Source: an uncultured Desulfobacterales bacterium (GTDB lineage Bacteria > Desulfobacterota > Desulfobacteria > Desulfobacterales > C00003060). From it: 42,531 bases of DNA. The number at the start of each line of letters is the position of its first letter. Position 1 is the stretch's first letter. Positions 26,171 to 34,981 of the stretch are shown here, in pieces. The notes under the pieces are model-generated. The model was not told where the DNA came from. It saw only the letters and a program-made list of their open reading frames with translations, and ran no database searches. The translations under genes and the position numbers were made by a program. The stretch is from NCBI GenBank assembly GCA_964532395.1, contig CAZHHS010000001.1, positions 1 through 42,531 of the forward strand, read 5' to 3'.

Positions 26171-27646
26171 ATGGAAACGGTCGTATCCATCAAGCCGTTG
26201 CTGGCTGTTCTTGTTTCTCTTCTAGTCACCCCCATACTGGCTTCAAGTCGAGCGCCGAATGTCCGGGAGATGTGGACATTTGTCGCGGCAGGGGTAAAAT
26301 TCCTGCTGGTTTTGTCCATGCTGCCGGTCATCCTTAATGGTACCCAAATCGTATATACGGTCGCTGAAGTGATACCGGGAGCCGCCATTAAATTCAAGGT
26401 CGATTCCTTTGGTATGCTCTTCGCTCTGGTCTCTTCGTCCTTGTGGATTGTAACCTCGGTCTACTCCATAGGTTATATGCGTGGGCTGAAGGAACACAGC
26501 CAGACCCGCTATTTTTGTTTCTTCGCCTTTGCACTGTCCGCCACTATCGGGGTTGCCTTTGCCGGAAACTTGTTAACGATGTACCTCTTTTATGAGATGC
26601 TTTCCTTGGCTACCTATCCCTTGGTCACGCATCATCAAGACCATGAGGCGCGAAGCTCGGGGCGCAAATATCTCTTATACATTGTGGGAACCTCGATCGG
26701 ACTGGTCTTGCCGGCTATGCTAATTTGTTACGATCTGGCAGGGACCCTGGAATTTGGGACGCAGGGTTTTTTAGCCGGAACGGGGGCGTCCAAGTCTTTG
26801 ATGGCGGTGCTGCTGGTTCTTCTCATCTTCGGGTTTGCAAAAGCGGCCATTATGCCCTTTCATTCATGGCTTCCTGCAGCGATGGTCGCACCTACGCCGG
26901 TTAGTGCTTTGCTGCATGCAGTGGCTGTTGTGAAAGTCGGTGTTTTCAGTGTTGTTCGAGTCATAACAGAAGTGTTTGGGACTGATTTGCTGTTTTCTTT
27001 AAATTTCAGCCCCATTATCCTCTTTTTCGCCTCTGCTACCATTCTTGTGGGCTCACTCATCGCCCTGTCTCAAGACAATCTTAAACGCCTTTTGGCTTTT
27101 TCCACCATCGCACAGCTTTCATACATTGTACTCGGCGTGGGGTTGCTCTCCCCTCTGGGAATGACCGGTGGAATGCTCCATATCGCCATGCACGCATTTG
27201 GCAAGATCACTCTCTTTTTTTGTGCCGGAGCGATCTTCGTGGCTACCGGCAAAAAGAACATCAGCGAGATGATCGGTATCGGCAGGAGAATGCCGGTGAC
27301 CATGGGCGCCTTTTTTATCGCTTCTCTAAGCATTACCGGTGTCCCACCCGGCGGCGGCTTCATTAGTAAATGGTATTTGGTCCTGGGGGCACTGCAAGCG
27401 CAACAAGTAGCGGTTCTTGTGGTGCTCCTGGTGAGCTCATTTCTGAATGCCTGTTACTTTCTGCCGATCGTCTACAAAGCATTTTTTTGTCCTCCGAAAG
27501 AGGTTATGTTTAAAGGCGGATTTCAAGAGGCCCCTGTTTTCTGTGTGGTTCCTCTGGTAATAACGGCCGTGATTTCCATCATTCTGCTCCTTTTTCCGCA
27601 ACCGTTTTTGCAGTTGGCCACAATGACCGTGCAAGGCTTGATGTAA
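26171..27646 (+). CDS. mrpD: antiporter-like subunit 2 (MrpD/NuoM family)
   Basis: 491 aa. FYEMLSLATYPLV, PFHSWLPAAMVAPTPVSALLHAVAVVKVG and AFSTIAQLSYIVLG are classical NuoL/M/N-MrpA/D motifs. Confidence 0.85.
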   Translation: METVVSIKPLLAVLVSLLVTPILASSRAPNVREMWTFVAAGVKFLLVLSMLPVILNGTQIVYTVAEVIPGAAIKFKVDSFGMLFALVSSSLWIVTSVYSIGYMRGLKEHSQTRYFCFFAFALSATIGVAFAGNLLTMYLFYEMLSLATYPLVTHHQDHEARSSGRKYLLYIVGTSIGLVLPAMLICYDLAGTLEFGTQGFLAGTGASKSLMAVLLVLLIFGFAKAAIMPFHSWLPAAMVAPTPVSALLHAVAVVKVGVFSVVRVITEVFGTDLLFSLNFSPIILFFASATILVGSLIALSQDNLKRLLAFSTIAQLSYIVLGVGLLSPLGMTGGMLHIAMHAFGKITLFFCAGAIFVATGKKNISEMIGIGRRMPVTMGAFFIASLSITGVPPGGGFISKWYLVLGALQAQQVAVLVVLLVSSFLNACYFLPIVYKAFFCPPKEVMFKGGFQEAPVFCVVPLVITAVISIILLLFPQPFLQLATMTVQGLM

Positions 27647-27657
27647 GGATATTTACC

Positions 27658-27798
27658 ATGACCGAAGAAAGAAGCGACGAAATAGAAGGCAAGATGGCGC
27701 TGTCCCATGCACCCGTGCCACCCTACAGGAAGGTCTTTTTTATAGCCATTACGGTGGGGGTGCTCTATCTCGGGCTGATTCTTTTTATGACCATTTGA
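27658..27798 (+). CDS. small single-TM protein (46 aa, not in supplied ORF track)
   Basis: ATG 27658 to TGA 27796-27798. The product is MTEERSDEIEGKMALSHAPVPPYRKVFFIAITVGVLYLGLILFMTI. It is tightly packed between two operon genes on the same strand. Confidence 0.45.
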   Translation: MTEERSDEIEGKMALSHAPVPPYRKVFFIAITVGVLYLGLILFMTI

Positions 27799-27841
27799 AA
27801 TAAATAGAGTCCGCCTCGTTTTGAAAGACAGGAAAACGAAA

Positions 27842-28102
27842 ATGAAAGAAGAAAAACAAGAGGGGAAAAGATATCTATTTGATGACCCCAAAAACGTGAA
27901 TAGACTTTTGGGGACTTTTTACGCCTCATTGATGGTGCTTCTCCTGGTGGAGTTCGTGGTTCATAAGCACCCGCATTTTCCTTGGGAAAAGTGGCCGGAA
28001 TTCTATTGTGTGTATGGTTTTGTTGCCTGTGTGGTATTGGTTATCGTGGCAAAATATATCTTGCGCCCTCTGGTTATGAGACGAGAGGACTATTATGATT
28101 AG
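27842..28102 (+). CDS. small two-TM membrane protein of unknown function
   Basis: 86 aa from ATG 27842 (the ORF track starts at TTG 27821). Two hydrophobic helices flank HKHPHFPWEKWPEFY. It overlaps the next gene by 8 nt. Confidence 0.5.
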   Translation: MKEEKQEGKRYLFDDPKNVNRLLGTFYASLMVLLLVEFVVHKHPHFPWEKWPEFYCVYGFVACVVLVIVAKYILRPLVMRREDYYD

Positions 28103-29864
28103 TACCGTTCCCCCCGCTGCCATATTTATCGTCGGAGGGTTGTTGGTTCCTTTCTTTAAGGGTAAGTGGAAAAGTGCGTTCCTGTTGCTCATTCCAGTTG
28201 TCGGATTTCTTAACCTGATTCACATACCGGAGGGAACCCATTGGGCCGTTGATTTCATGGGCTATAACCTGGTCTTTGGAGAAGTGGACAGGCTGAGCCT
28301 CGTATTCGGCTACATTTTTCACCTCATTACCTTTATAGCCCTTCTTTACGCCCTTCACGTGACAGACGACCTGCAACATGTGGGGGGACTGATCTATGCG
28401 GGGAGTTCCTTGGGGGTCGTCTTTTCGGGAGACCTTTTCTCTTTCTTCATCTTCTGGGAAACGCTTACCTTCAGCTCCGTATTATTGATTTGGACGCGAA
28501 GAACAAAGGCGTCTACAGCTGCCGGCTACAGATATGCCTTGGTCCATGTCGTGGGAGGGCTGTTCCTGCTGGCGGGGATCGTATTTTACGTCATTGAAAA
28601 GGGCTCCATCGAATTCGGATATATTGGATTGGACGGCCTGGCCAGTTATTTGATTTTTATCGGTTTCGGCATCAACTGTGCCTGGCCCATTCTCCACCCG
28701 TGGCTAACCGATGCCTATCCTGAAGCAACCATTACGGGAGCCATATTCTTGAGCGCTTTTACCACCAAGACAGCAGTCTATGCGCTGGCCAGGGCATTTC
28801 CCGGCACGGAGGCACTGATATGGATAGGAGCTCTCATGACGGGCTTTCCTATCTTTTACGCGGTCATCGAAAACGATCTCCGACGGGTTCTTGCCTACAG
28901 CCTGATCAACCAGGTGGGATTTATGGTCTGTGGTATCGGTATCGGCACGGCTCTTGCCATCAATGGCGCCGTGGCCCATGCCTTCAATGATATCTTGTTT
29001 AAAGCCCTGCTGTTTATGTCCATGGGGGCTGTTATGTACCGAACGGGTAAGATCAACGGAACCGCCTTGGGCGGACTGTACAGGACCATGCCCTTGACCT
29101 GTATTTTCTGTATGGTCGGGGCGGCATCCATATCCGCTTTTCCCCTGTTTAGCGGTTTTGTGAGTAAGTCCATGGTCATGGATGCGGCCGGGAAAGGTCA
29201 TATGCCGATTATATGGTTTGTCCTGCTTTTTGCTTCGGCCGGTGTATTCCATCACGCAGGCATCAAGATACCGTTTTTCGCATTTTTCGGCCATGATTCC
29301 GGTATGCGGCCCAAGGAAGCACCACTACATATGTTGCTGGCCATGGGTATTACCGCATTTTTGTGTATCTTTATCGGCTCTTTCCCCGGTCCTTTATACA
29401 GCTTGCTTCCCTATCCGGTCGATTATGAACCCTACACGATGGCTCATGTCGTCGGACAGACCCAGATACTATTTTTCTCGGCCCTGGCCTTTACCCTGCT
29501 GTTGCTTTCCGGAATATATCCGGCGGAAATGCGGTGTGTCAATCTGGACGCCGACTGGTTCTATCGTAAAGGGGGACGGCTTTTGTTCGGGGTGTTGGAT
29601 AATGTGTTCAACGGCATTAACAAGGCCGGAGAAGTGTTTGCTCGAGGGGTGGCCGGGGCTTTGGGCAGGCTATCCAGAAACGTTCCCGAGATAATTCTAC
29701 TCATAGTCATGGTTCCGTTATGGACTGCCGGTGGGGCAAAGGGAGAAAAACTCCAGGGGAAAATTGTGCGTGCGCGTGCCGCTCTGGAAACCGGAACGGC
29801 ACCCGTAGGCATCAGTGCGGCGGTGGCTACTATTTTTTTGGTTTTTCTTTTCGTTTTGATCTGA
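28095..29864 (+). CDS. antiporter-like subunit 3 (MrpA/MrpD/NuoL family) with C-terminal extension
   Basis: 589 aa. Proton_antipo_M-type core (FIFWETLTFSSVLLIW, LAYSLINQVGFMV, HAFNDILFKALLFM). A ~110-aa C-terminal tail ends in a final hydrophobic helix. Confidence 0.75.
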   Translation: MISTVPPAAIFIVGGLLVPFFKGKWKSAFLLLIPVVGFLNLIHIPEGTHWAVDFMGYNLVFGEVDRLSLVFGYIFHLITFIALLYALHVTDDLQHVGGLIYAGSSLGVVFSGDLFSFFIFWETLTFSSVLLIWTRRTKASTAAGYRYALVHVVGGLFLLAGIVFYVIEKGSIEFGYIGLDGLASYLIFIGFGINCAWPILHPWLTDAYPEATITGAIFLSAFTTKTAVYALARAFPGTEALIWIGALMTGFPIFYAVIENDLRRVLAYSLINQVGFMVCGIGIGTALAINGAVAHAFNDILFKALLFMSMGAVMYRTGKINGTALGGLYRTMPLTCIFCMVGAASISAFPLFSGFVSKSMVMDAAGKGHMPIIWFVLLFASAGVFHHAGIKIPFFAFFGHDSGMRPKEAPLHMLLAMGITAFLCIFIGSFPGPLYSLLPYPVDYEPYTMAHVVGQTQILFFSALAFTLLLLSGIYPAEMRCVNLDADWFYRKGGRLLFGVLDNVFNGINKAGEVFARGVAGALGRLSRNVPEIILLIVMVPLWTAGGAKGEKLQGKIVRARAALETGTAPVGISAAVATIFLVFLFVLI

Positions 29865-29982
29865 TATAGGGTGGCGAAGGACATGCAACAGAAACGTTTG
29901 CGTATCCTCTCGTGTAGGCGGGTTGTTTCGTTGAGTCGGCGTTTGCTCGTCCCGTAAAGGAATGGGTCCGAAGGAGAGAGGT

Positions 29983-30468
29983 ATGGCTTCTGTACGAGAC
30001 TTAAAAGAGCTGGTTTTGTTTGAAGGTTTGCCGGACGATTTCCTGGAACGGCTTGTTCCGATGGTGCAAGAAAAGTCCTTGGGGGAACGGGAGATCATTT
30101 ATGAGCCGGGCGCCGAGGCCAGCGAATTTTACTCGTTGAGCAAGGGAAAAGTGTTGCTGGAAGCAGAACTTGCCCCCAACTTCATTATTTCCGTGGGCGC
30201 AATAAAACCGGGATATTCCTTTGGCTGGTCCGCTCTTTTTCCACCGAAGGCTACACATACATCCTACGCAGTATGTTCTGAGCCGAGTGATGTGTTCGTT
30301 TTTCCCGCTCAGGAGCTGACGGCCTTTCTCGGCCGGGAGCGAGAGAACGGATATCTAGTGATGAAGAAAGCCGGGAAGATTCTGGAAAACCGACTTGAGC
30401 GCAGAACCGCTCAGTTCTTGAAGGTGATCGGTAAGCATCCGGAAATCGGGACGCTTTTGGGAGTGTAG
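29983..30468 (+). CDS. stand-alone cyclic-nucleotide-binding (cNMP/Crp-type effector) domain protein
   Basis: 161 aa from ATG 29983, with GGAGAGAGG RBS. LFEGLPDDFLERL...GEREIIYEPGAEASEFYSLSKGKV...FGWSAL is a beta-barrel cNMP-like pattern. No HTH. Confidence 0.6.
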   Translation: MASVRDLKELVLFEGLPDDFLERLVPMVQEKSLGEREIIYEPGAEASEFYSLSKGKVLLEAELAPNFIISVGAIKPGYSFGWSALFPPKATHTSYAVCSEPSDVFVFPAQELTAFLGRERENGYLVMKKAGKILENRLERRTAQFLKVIGKHPEIGTLLGV

Positions 30469-30497
30469 GCGAATGCGGCCAATACGACCGGACCGGC

Positions 30498-31652
30498 TTA
30501 AAGAACCCCTTTGAGGTAGACGAAGAAGGTAGTTCCTTTCCCGCTGGTGGAAGACACTTTGACTTCGCCACCATGTTCTTCCACGATTTTTTGGGTGATG
30601 AGTAGCCCGAGTCCCGTCCCTCGCCCCTCCTTGGTACTGAAAAAGCGGGAGAAGAGTTTTTCTTGAACCTCTTGCGTCATTCCCATGCCGTTGTCGGATA
30701 CTTCAAAGACCAGTATCTTTTCTTCGTTTTTCTCCACCCGTGTTCGCACCGTAACCTGCCAGTTTTTTGAAGTGTCGGGATCGAAAATGCAGGCATCAAT
30801 GGCATTAGAAACCAAATTGAGGAGGACCCGATGTATACCCGATTTGTCCAGTTGGGCCCGTTCGACCGTCGGGTCCAAGTCGGTGTTCAATGTGACTTGA
30901 TGTTCTGCGGCGTAGTCTTTGACCAGGTCTAATACATCCGATACGATTTCCTTGGGATTACACTCCGTGGGTTCCGGCTTTCTGTCTTTGGAATATGTCA
31001 GCAAGTCCATGACCAGCTCGGATACTCGTTCAACATTTCGGCTGACTACACGCCAGCCCTCGCGCAGCATCTTCGGCTTATCCTTCTCCAGCCCCACATT
31101 CACCATGTACATCCCCCCCCGCAAACCGGTGAGGATATTCTTAATGTAGTGGGCCAAGCCCGCCACCGTCTCGCCGATGGTGGCCAGCCGTTCATTGCGA
31201 ATGACGTCCTCCTGGGCTTTTTCGAGATCGATCTTGCAGGCTTCGACCTTGTCCTCGAGGTTCTCCGTATAATCCCTCAGCTGTCGGGCCATGGTAAGTT
31301 TTTTTTCGGCCCTTTCCAGTGACAGCATCAGGACTTCATCACGTATCGGTTTGGTGATAAAATCCGAGGCCCCGTTTTGAAGCGCCTGTACGGCCGAATC
31401 CATGTCCCCGTGGCCGGTAATGACGATGACTTCGGTTTCGCTACCGGACTCATTGATTCGCTTGAGCACCTCAATGCCGTCTATTCCGGACATTTTGATA
31501 TCCGTGATGACGATTTCGGGTGACTCCTGCGCGAAGATCTCAAGTCCCTCCCGACCGCTTTGTGCCGTAAGGACTTCATATCCTTCGCTGGTCAGGCTAA
31601 GTTCCAACATTTCCAGGACCGGTTTTTCATCGTCAATGATGAGCAGTTTCAT
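30498..31652 (-). CDS. hybrid receiver-histidine kinase (REC + HisKA + HATPase)
   Basis: 384 aa from ATG 31650-31652. REC motifs LIIDDEK, VITDIKMSGIDG, VITGHG and FITKP. H-box VAGLAHYIKNIL, and ATPase boxes NLVSNAIDA, DNGMGM and GTGLGLLIT. It overlaps the upstream kinase gene by 20 nt. Confidence 0.85.
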   Translation of the reverse strand: MKLLIIDDEKPVLEMLELSLTSEGYEVLTAQSGREGLEIFAQESPEIVITDIKMSGIDGIEVLKRINESGSETEVIVITGHGDMDSAVQALQNGASDFITKPIRDEVLMLSLERAEKKLTMARQLRDYTENLEDKVEACKIDLEKAQEDVIRNERLATIGETVAGLAHYIKNILTGLRGGMYMVNVGLEKDKPKMLREGWRVVSRNVERVSELVMDLLTYSKDRKPEPTECNPKEIVSDVLDLVKDYAAEHQVTLNTDLDPTVERAQLDKSGIHRVLLNLVSNAIDACIFDPDTSKNWQVTVRTRVEKNEEKILVFEVSDNGMGMTQEVQEKLFSRFFSTKEGRGTGLGLLITQKIVEEHGGEVKVSSTSGKGTTFFVYLKGVL

Positions 31653-33909
31653 CCTTGGACTCCCCTTGTCGTCGAACAATTGGAAATATAACCCTAAAGG
31701 TGGTCCCCTCATCCAGGGTGGAGTCAACTTCTATGTCTCCATTAAAATCTTTCACCAGATTGAAGCTGATAGACAGTCCCAAGCCGGTCCCCCGTCCGAC
31801 CTGCTTGGTCGTAAAGAAGGGTTCGAATATCTTTTGCTCGGTTTGTTCGGACATTCCCTCTCCCGTGTCGGAAACCAGGGCCACCACGTATTCTCCCTCT
31901 TGCCGGGTTGATATGGTCAGTTTCTTTTCCCGGTCCGAACCGACCGCCTCCATGGCATCACGCGCGTTGGTTACCAGGTTTAAAAAGACCTGTTCCAGCC
32001 GGTTTTTGTCCCCTTGGATGTCAGGCAAGTCCTCCGCCAGGTCAAGATCCACCTTGATATTGCGCAAGTTCAACTGTTGGCCAAGCATCGTGAATACATC
32101 ACGGATCGGTTCATTCAGATTCATCGGGTAAACATGAAAATCACTTTTTCGCCCGAATTCTCTCAAATGATTGATGATGTTACTCGACCGGGCGACCTGT
32201 TCACTGATGTTGCGGCTTACCGTCAATAGCTGTTCCGGGGAAATCTCTTGGCCTTTCTTGATCATTTTGGCCAAGAAATCGGCTCCCACTTGTATGGCGT
32301 TCAGGGGTTGGTTGATCTCATGGGCGATCCCTGTGGCCATTTCGCCCAAGGTGGCCATCTTGCTTGCCTGGGTGAGTTTGGCATCCTGTTCCAGACGCCG
32401 CGTTACGTCCACGGTGCGCACAATCAATGTGCCGCCGGAGGTGCCGTTCTCCGCATCCCGGAGTTTTCCGGAACGGGCGTGAAGGTTTATCACGAAATTG
32501 TCTCCGTTACGCTTTTTCGCCCAGACTTTGGGTACAAAGACATAGACGTCCTGTGGGGCTTGCTCCAGTTCCCCCCATACCCGTTTGGCCTCTTCTTCAT
32601 CGAGTAAATCGAGAAACGACCTTCCCAGGAGATCCTCATGTTCATACTGATAGGTTGCGCCTGCAGAATTGTTCACGTCCAGGATCTTTCCGGAATCCCA
32701 ATCTACGGTGAACAAGGGATTGGGATCGTTGTTGAACAGGAGGCGATATTTCTCCTCGCTGGCTTTGACCTCTTCTTCTATCTTTAACCGGTCTTGGACT
32801 TCCTGCTTGAGTTTTCGGTTGGCCACGATAAGTTCCGCGGTCCGTTCCTTCACCCGTTGCTCGAGTTCGTCGCGCGCCTTTTGGAGCTCTTCTTCCGCAA
32901 TATGCCGGGCGGAAATGTCCACGACATTGCCTAAGATGGCCGGTTTGCCGTGGTATTCGATGCGGGAGTTACGACGCTTAATCCAAATGGTTTCCCCGTT
33001 CTTTTTGAGACCCCTGGCCTCGTATTCAGACGGGACGGTATGACCTTTCAGGCGTCGTTGTCGGGTTTCTTTGACGAGTTTCCGGTCGTCGGGATGAACG
33101 AAATCGAGCACGTCCATGCCTTCCAACTCATCGCGGGCATAGCCGAAAATGTCGGCGAACCGTTTGTTGGCGAACTGGATTTTTTCATGCTGGTCGATGT
33201 AAATGCCGATGAGCGAATTCTCCACCAAGGTGCTGTATTTTTCTTCCGACTCCCGAAGGGCTTTTTCCGCCTGCCGTCGTTCCGCGATCTCGTTGGATAC
33301 ACTTTGAATCGTTTCATTGGTTACTTTGGCCAACGATTGGAGTAGTTCCAACTGAGAGAACCCGGATACCCTGGCGTCCAGATTCCCTTTGGAGACACGG
33401 TGCAGCACATCGAAGTGCTCAGCCAACCCGATAGCAAAATCATGGGAAAGATTAACAATTTCTCCCAAGTTTTCTGCCGTTGTATTGACCAGGTGTTTCA
33501 GTTTAGAGAGGAGTTCCAGCCTGGATTCTTCCGATACCCGGGCTTCGGGATTTCCCGAGGAGATCTGCTTCAGCGCCTCGAAGACCTCGGAAAGACCCAG
33601 GGCCAATTCCATGCTGAGGTCTTCCAGCTCTTGGTCCCGTTCTTCGACCATTTCCCGAAAGGCGGTGAATTGCTTATGTACCACTTTCAGCGTTTCTTCC
33701 ATGGAATCGAGGTCGATGTTTCTTTTGAACGGTTCGCAGTCCAGGCAAAGCTCGATTTTTTCCAAAAACCTTCCCTGAATTTCGTTTCTGCAAAAGGTTC
33801 CCGGAACCAGCCAACATTTGTATGTTTGGGTTTTATATGCCGGGCATTCCGTTTCCCCGCAATTAAGAACCTCCCAGCATTTTACTTTCTCCGACTTGGA
33901 CTCGTTCAT
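31633..33909 (-). CDS. multi-PAS sensor histidine kinase with N-terminal Cys-rich two-CW-type domain
   Basis: 758 aa with no TM helix. N-terminus KCWEVLNCGETECPAYKTQTYKCWLVPGTFC...CLDC. Two to three PAS blocks, H-box ATGIAHEINQPLNAI, and ATPase boxes NLVTNARDA, DTGEGM and GTGLGLSIS. Confidence 0.85.
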   Translation of the reverse strand: MNESKSEKVKCWEVLNCGETECPAYKTQTYKCWLVPGTFCRNEIQGRFLEKIELCLDCEPFKRNIDLDSMEETLKVVHKQFTAFREMVEERDQELEDLSMELALGLSEVFEALKQISSGNPEARVSEESRLELLSKLKHLVNTTAENLGEIVNLSHDFAIGLAEHFDVLHRVSKGNLDARVSGFSQLELLQSLAKVTNETIQSVSNEIAERRQAEKALRESEEKYSTLVENSLIGIYIDQHEKIQFANKRFADIFGYARDELEGMDVLDFVHPDDRKLVKETRQRRLKGHTVPSEYEARGLKKNGETIWIKRRNSRIEYHGKPAILGNVVDISARHIAEEELQKARDELEQRVKERTAELIVANRKLKQEVQDRLKIEEEVKASEEKYRLLFNNDPNPLFTVDWDSGKILDVNNSAGATYQYEHEDLLGRSFLDLLDEEEAKRVWGELEQAPQDVYVFVPKVWAKKRNGDNFVINLHARSGKLRDAENGTSGGTLIVRTVDVTRRLEQDAKLTQASKMATLGEMATGIAHEINQPLNAIQVGADFLAKMIKKGQEISPEQLLTVSRNISEQVARSSNIINHLREFGRKSDFHVYPMNLNEPIRDVFTMLGQQLNLRNIKVDLDLAEDLPDIQGDKNRLEQVFLNLVTNARDAMEAVGSDREKKLTISTRQEGEYVVALVSDTGEGMSEQTEQKIFEPFFTTKQVGRGTGLGLSISFNLVKDFNGDIEVDSTLDEGTTFRVIFPIVRRQGESKDETAHH

Positions 33910-33940
33910 GGAACAATTTCCTTTGTGGCACTCATAGTCC

Positions 33941-33970
33941 TTGACACAGTCACTCTCTCAATGGTATAGG
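33941..33970 (+). promoter_or_regulatory. possible sigma-70 promoter for the REC gene
   Basis: TTGACA (33941-33946), an 18-nt spacer, then TATAGG (33965-33970). It lies about 165 nt upstream of ATG 34135. Confidence 0.35.
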
Positions 33971-34134
33971 ATTGCTGGAAAAAACTACCGGATGATGCGC
34001 TTACATAACATACCGGAACGAAGCGATCAAAGGTTTTCCCGCAGACGCAAAAGCAGCCTGTGAAACACTTTCCGGCGCGAGAGCGAACGCATCATAGTTC
34101 ATGCCCGATAGTTGGTACCGAAAGGAGGAAAAGG

Positions 34135-34569
34135 ATGTCCAAGAAAATTCTGATTGTGGATGACGAGCCAGACATCATTACTTTTCTCAGTGCGCTTCTT
34201 GAGGAGAACGGTTATGAAAGCGTGAGTGCCAAGGACGGGACGGAGGGGTTGGAACTGTTGCGGAAAGAGAAACCGGACTTGGTGTTGCTCGATCTCATGA
34301 TGCCGAAGAAAAGCGGGATTACGATGTTTCAGGAGCTGAGAAAAGATCCTGAACTGAGTGATATCCCGGTTATCGTCGTAACCGGTGTGTCCGAAGTTAC
34401 AGGCGTTGATTTTCGAAACTTTATGTTCAAACAGCCGATGCGGGATGAAAAGAAGTTTGTGGAGACGACCGGGCTTTCAAAATACACGGTTCCGGACGGC
34501 TACATCGAAAAGCCGATTGACCCGGATGAATTGATCAAGGTGGTTAACGAGACCTTGAACGCGCGTTAA
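34135..34569 (+). CDS. single-domain response regulator (receiver)
   Basis: 144 aa from ATG 34135, with AGGAGG at 34123-34128. Motifs ILIVDDEPD, VLLDLMMPKKSG, VVTGVS and YIEKP. Confidence 0.85.
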   Translation: MSKKILIVDDEPDIITFLSALLEENGYESVSAKDGTEGLELLRKEKPDLVLLDLMMPKKSGITMFQELRKDPELSDIPVIVVTGVSEVTGVDFRNFMFKQPMRDEKKFVETTGLSKYTVPDGYIEKPIDPDELIKVVNETLNAR

Positions 34570-34616
34570 CCAAGCCGGAAAATCGGGGTGTGCCCCCGTA
34601 TGGGCGCTTTCCACGA

Positions 34617-34639
34617 GGTCCGGACCTGGGGTCCGGACT
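34617..34639 (+). terminator. possible intrinsic terminator hairpin
   Basis: GGTCCGGACC-tgg-GGTCCGGAC can form an 8-9 bp GC-rich stem. The trailing ttcattgtttc is only a weak U-tract. It lies 48 nt after the REC stop. Confidence 0.3.
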
Positions 34640-34753
34640 TCATTGTTTCAAACGGGCAAGGCGTTCCCCAAAAACCGGGCCCCCCTATCTGCGGGTGTAA
34701 TTGTCGCCTTTCCGCTGAACCGCCTAAGTGCCGCCTCCCGGGAAAATCTCTTC

Positions 34754-34782
34754 TTGACATTGGCGCCTACTTGTCATATAAG
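34754..34782 (+). promoter_or_regulatory. sigma-70-type promoter of the cytochrome-rnf operon
   Basis: TTGACA (34754-34759), a 17-nt spacer, then TATAAG (34777-34782). It would give a ~190-nt leader before ATG 34982. Confidence 0.55.
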
Positions 34783-34981
34783 GCCGACGAACTCTACGAG
34801 GCTCGTGTCATCACCATTTCCTGACGATGTATCCTACGCAACCGAGGGTGATAATGTTGTCAAAGAGCGGAATTGCCCGGTTTTCTATCACGCACATCCC
34901 TCCCCGGCGGATAAACGGACCTGAACTTTCCCTGGTTTCTGAACAATCGGGATTCAAACGGCGAAAGGAACGTTTGATACA

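Noticed and set aside
29865-30497. Expectation that a hydrogenase or NuoBCDHI-like redox module follows the Mrp/Mbh-ordered genes
   Set aside because: The region after the last antiporter-like gene contains only a cNMP-binding protein and then a convergent kinase. No NuoB/D-type Cys or [NiFe] motifs occur anywhere in the window.
33925-33941. TGGCAC hexamer upstream of the REC gene as a third sigma-54 promoter
   Set aside because: The sequence after the 5-nt spacer is GTCC, not TTGC. There is no GC at -12.
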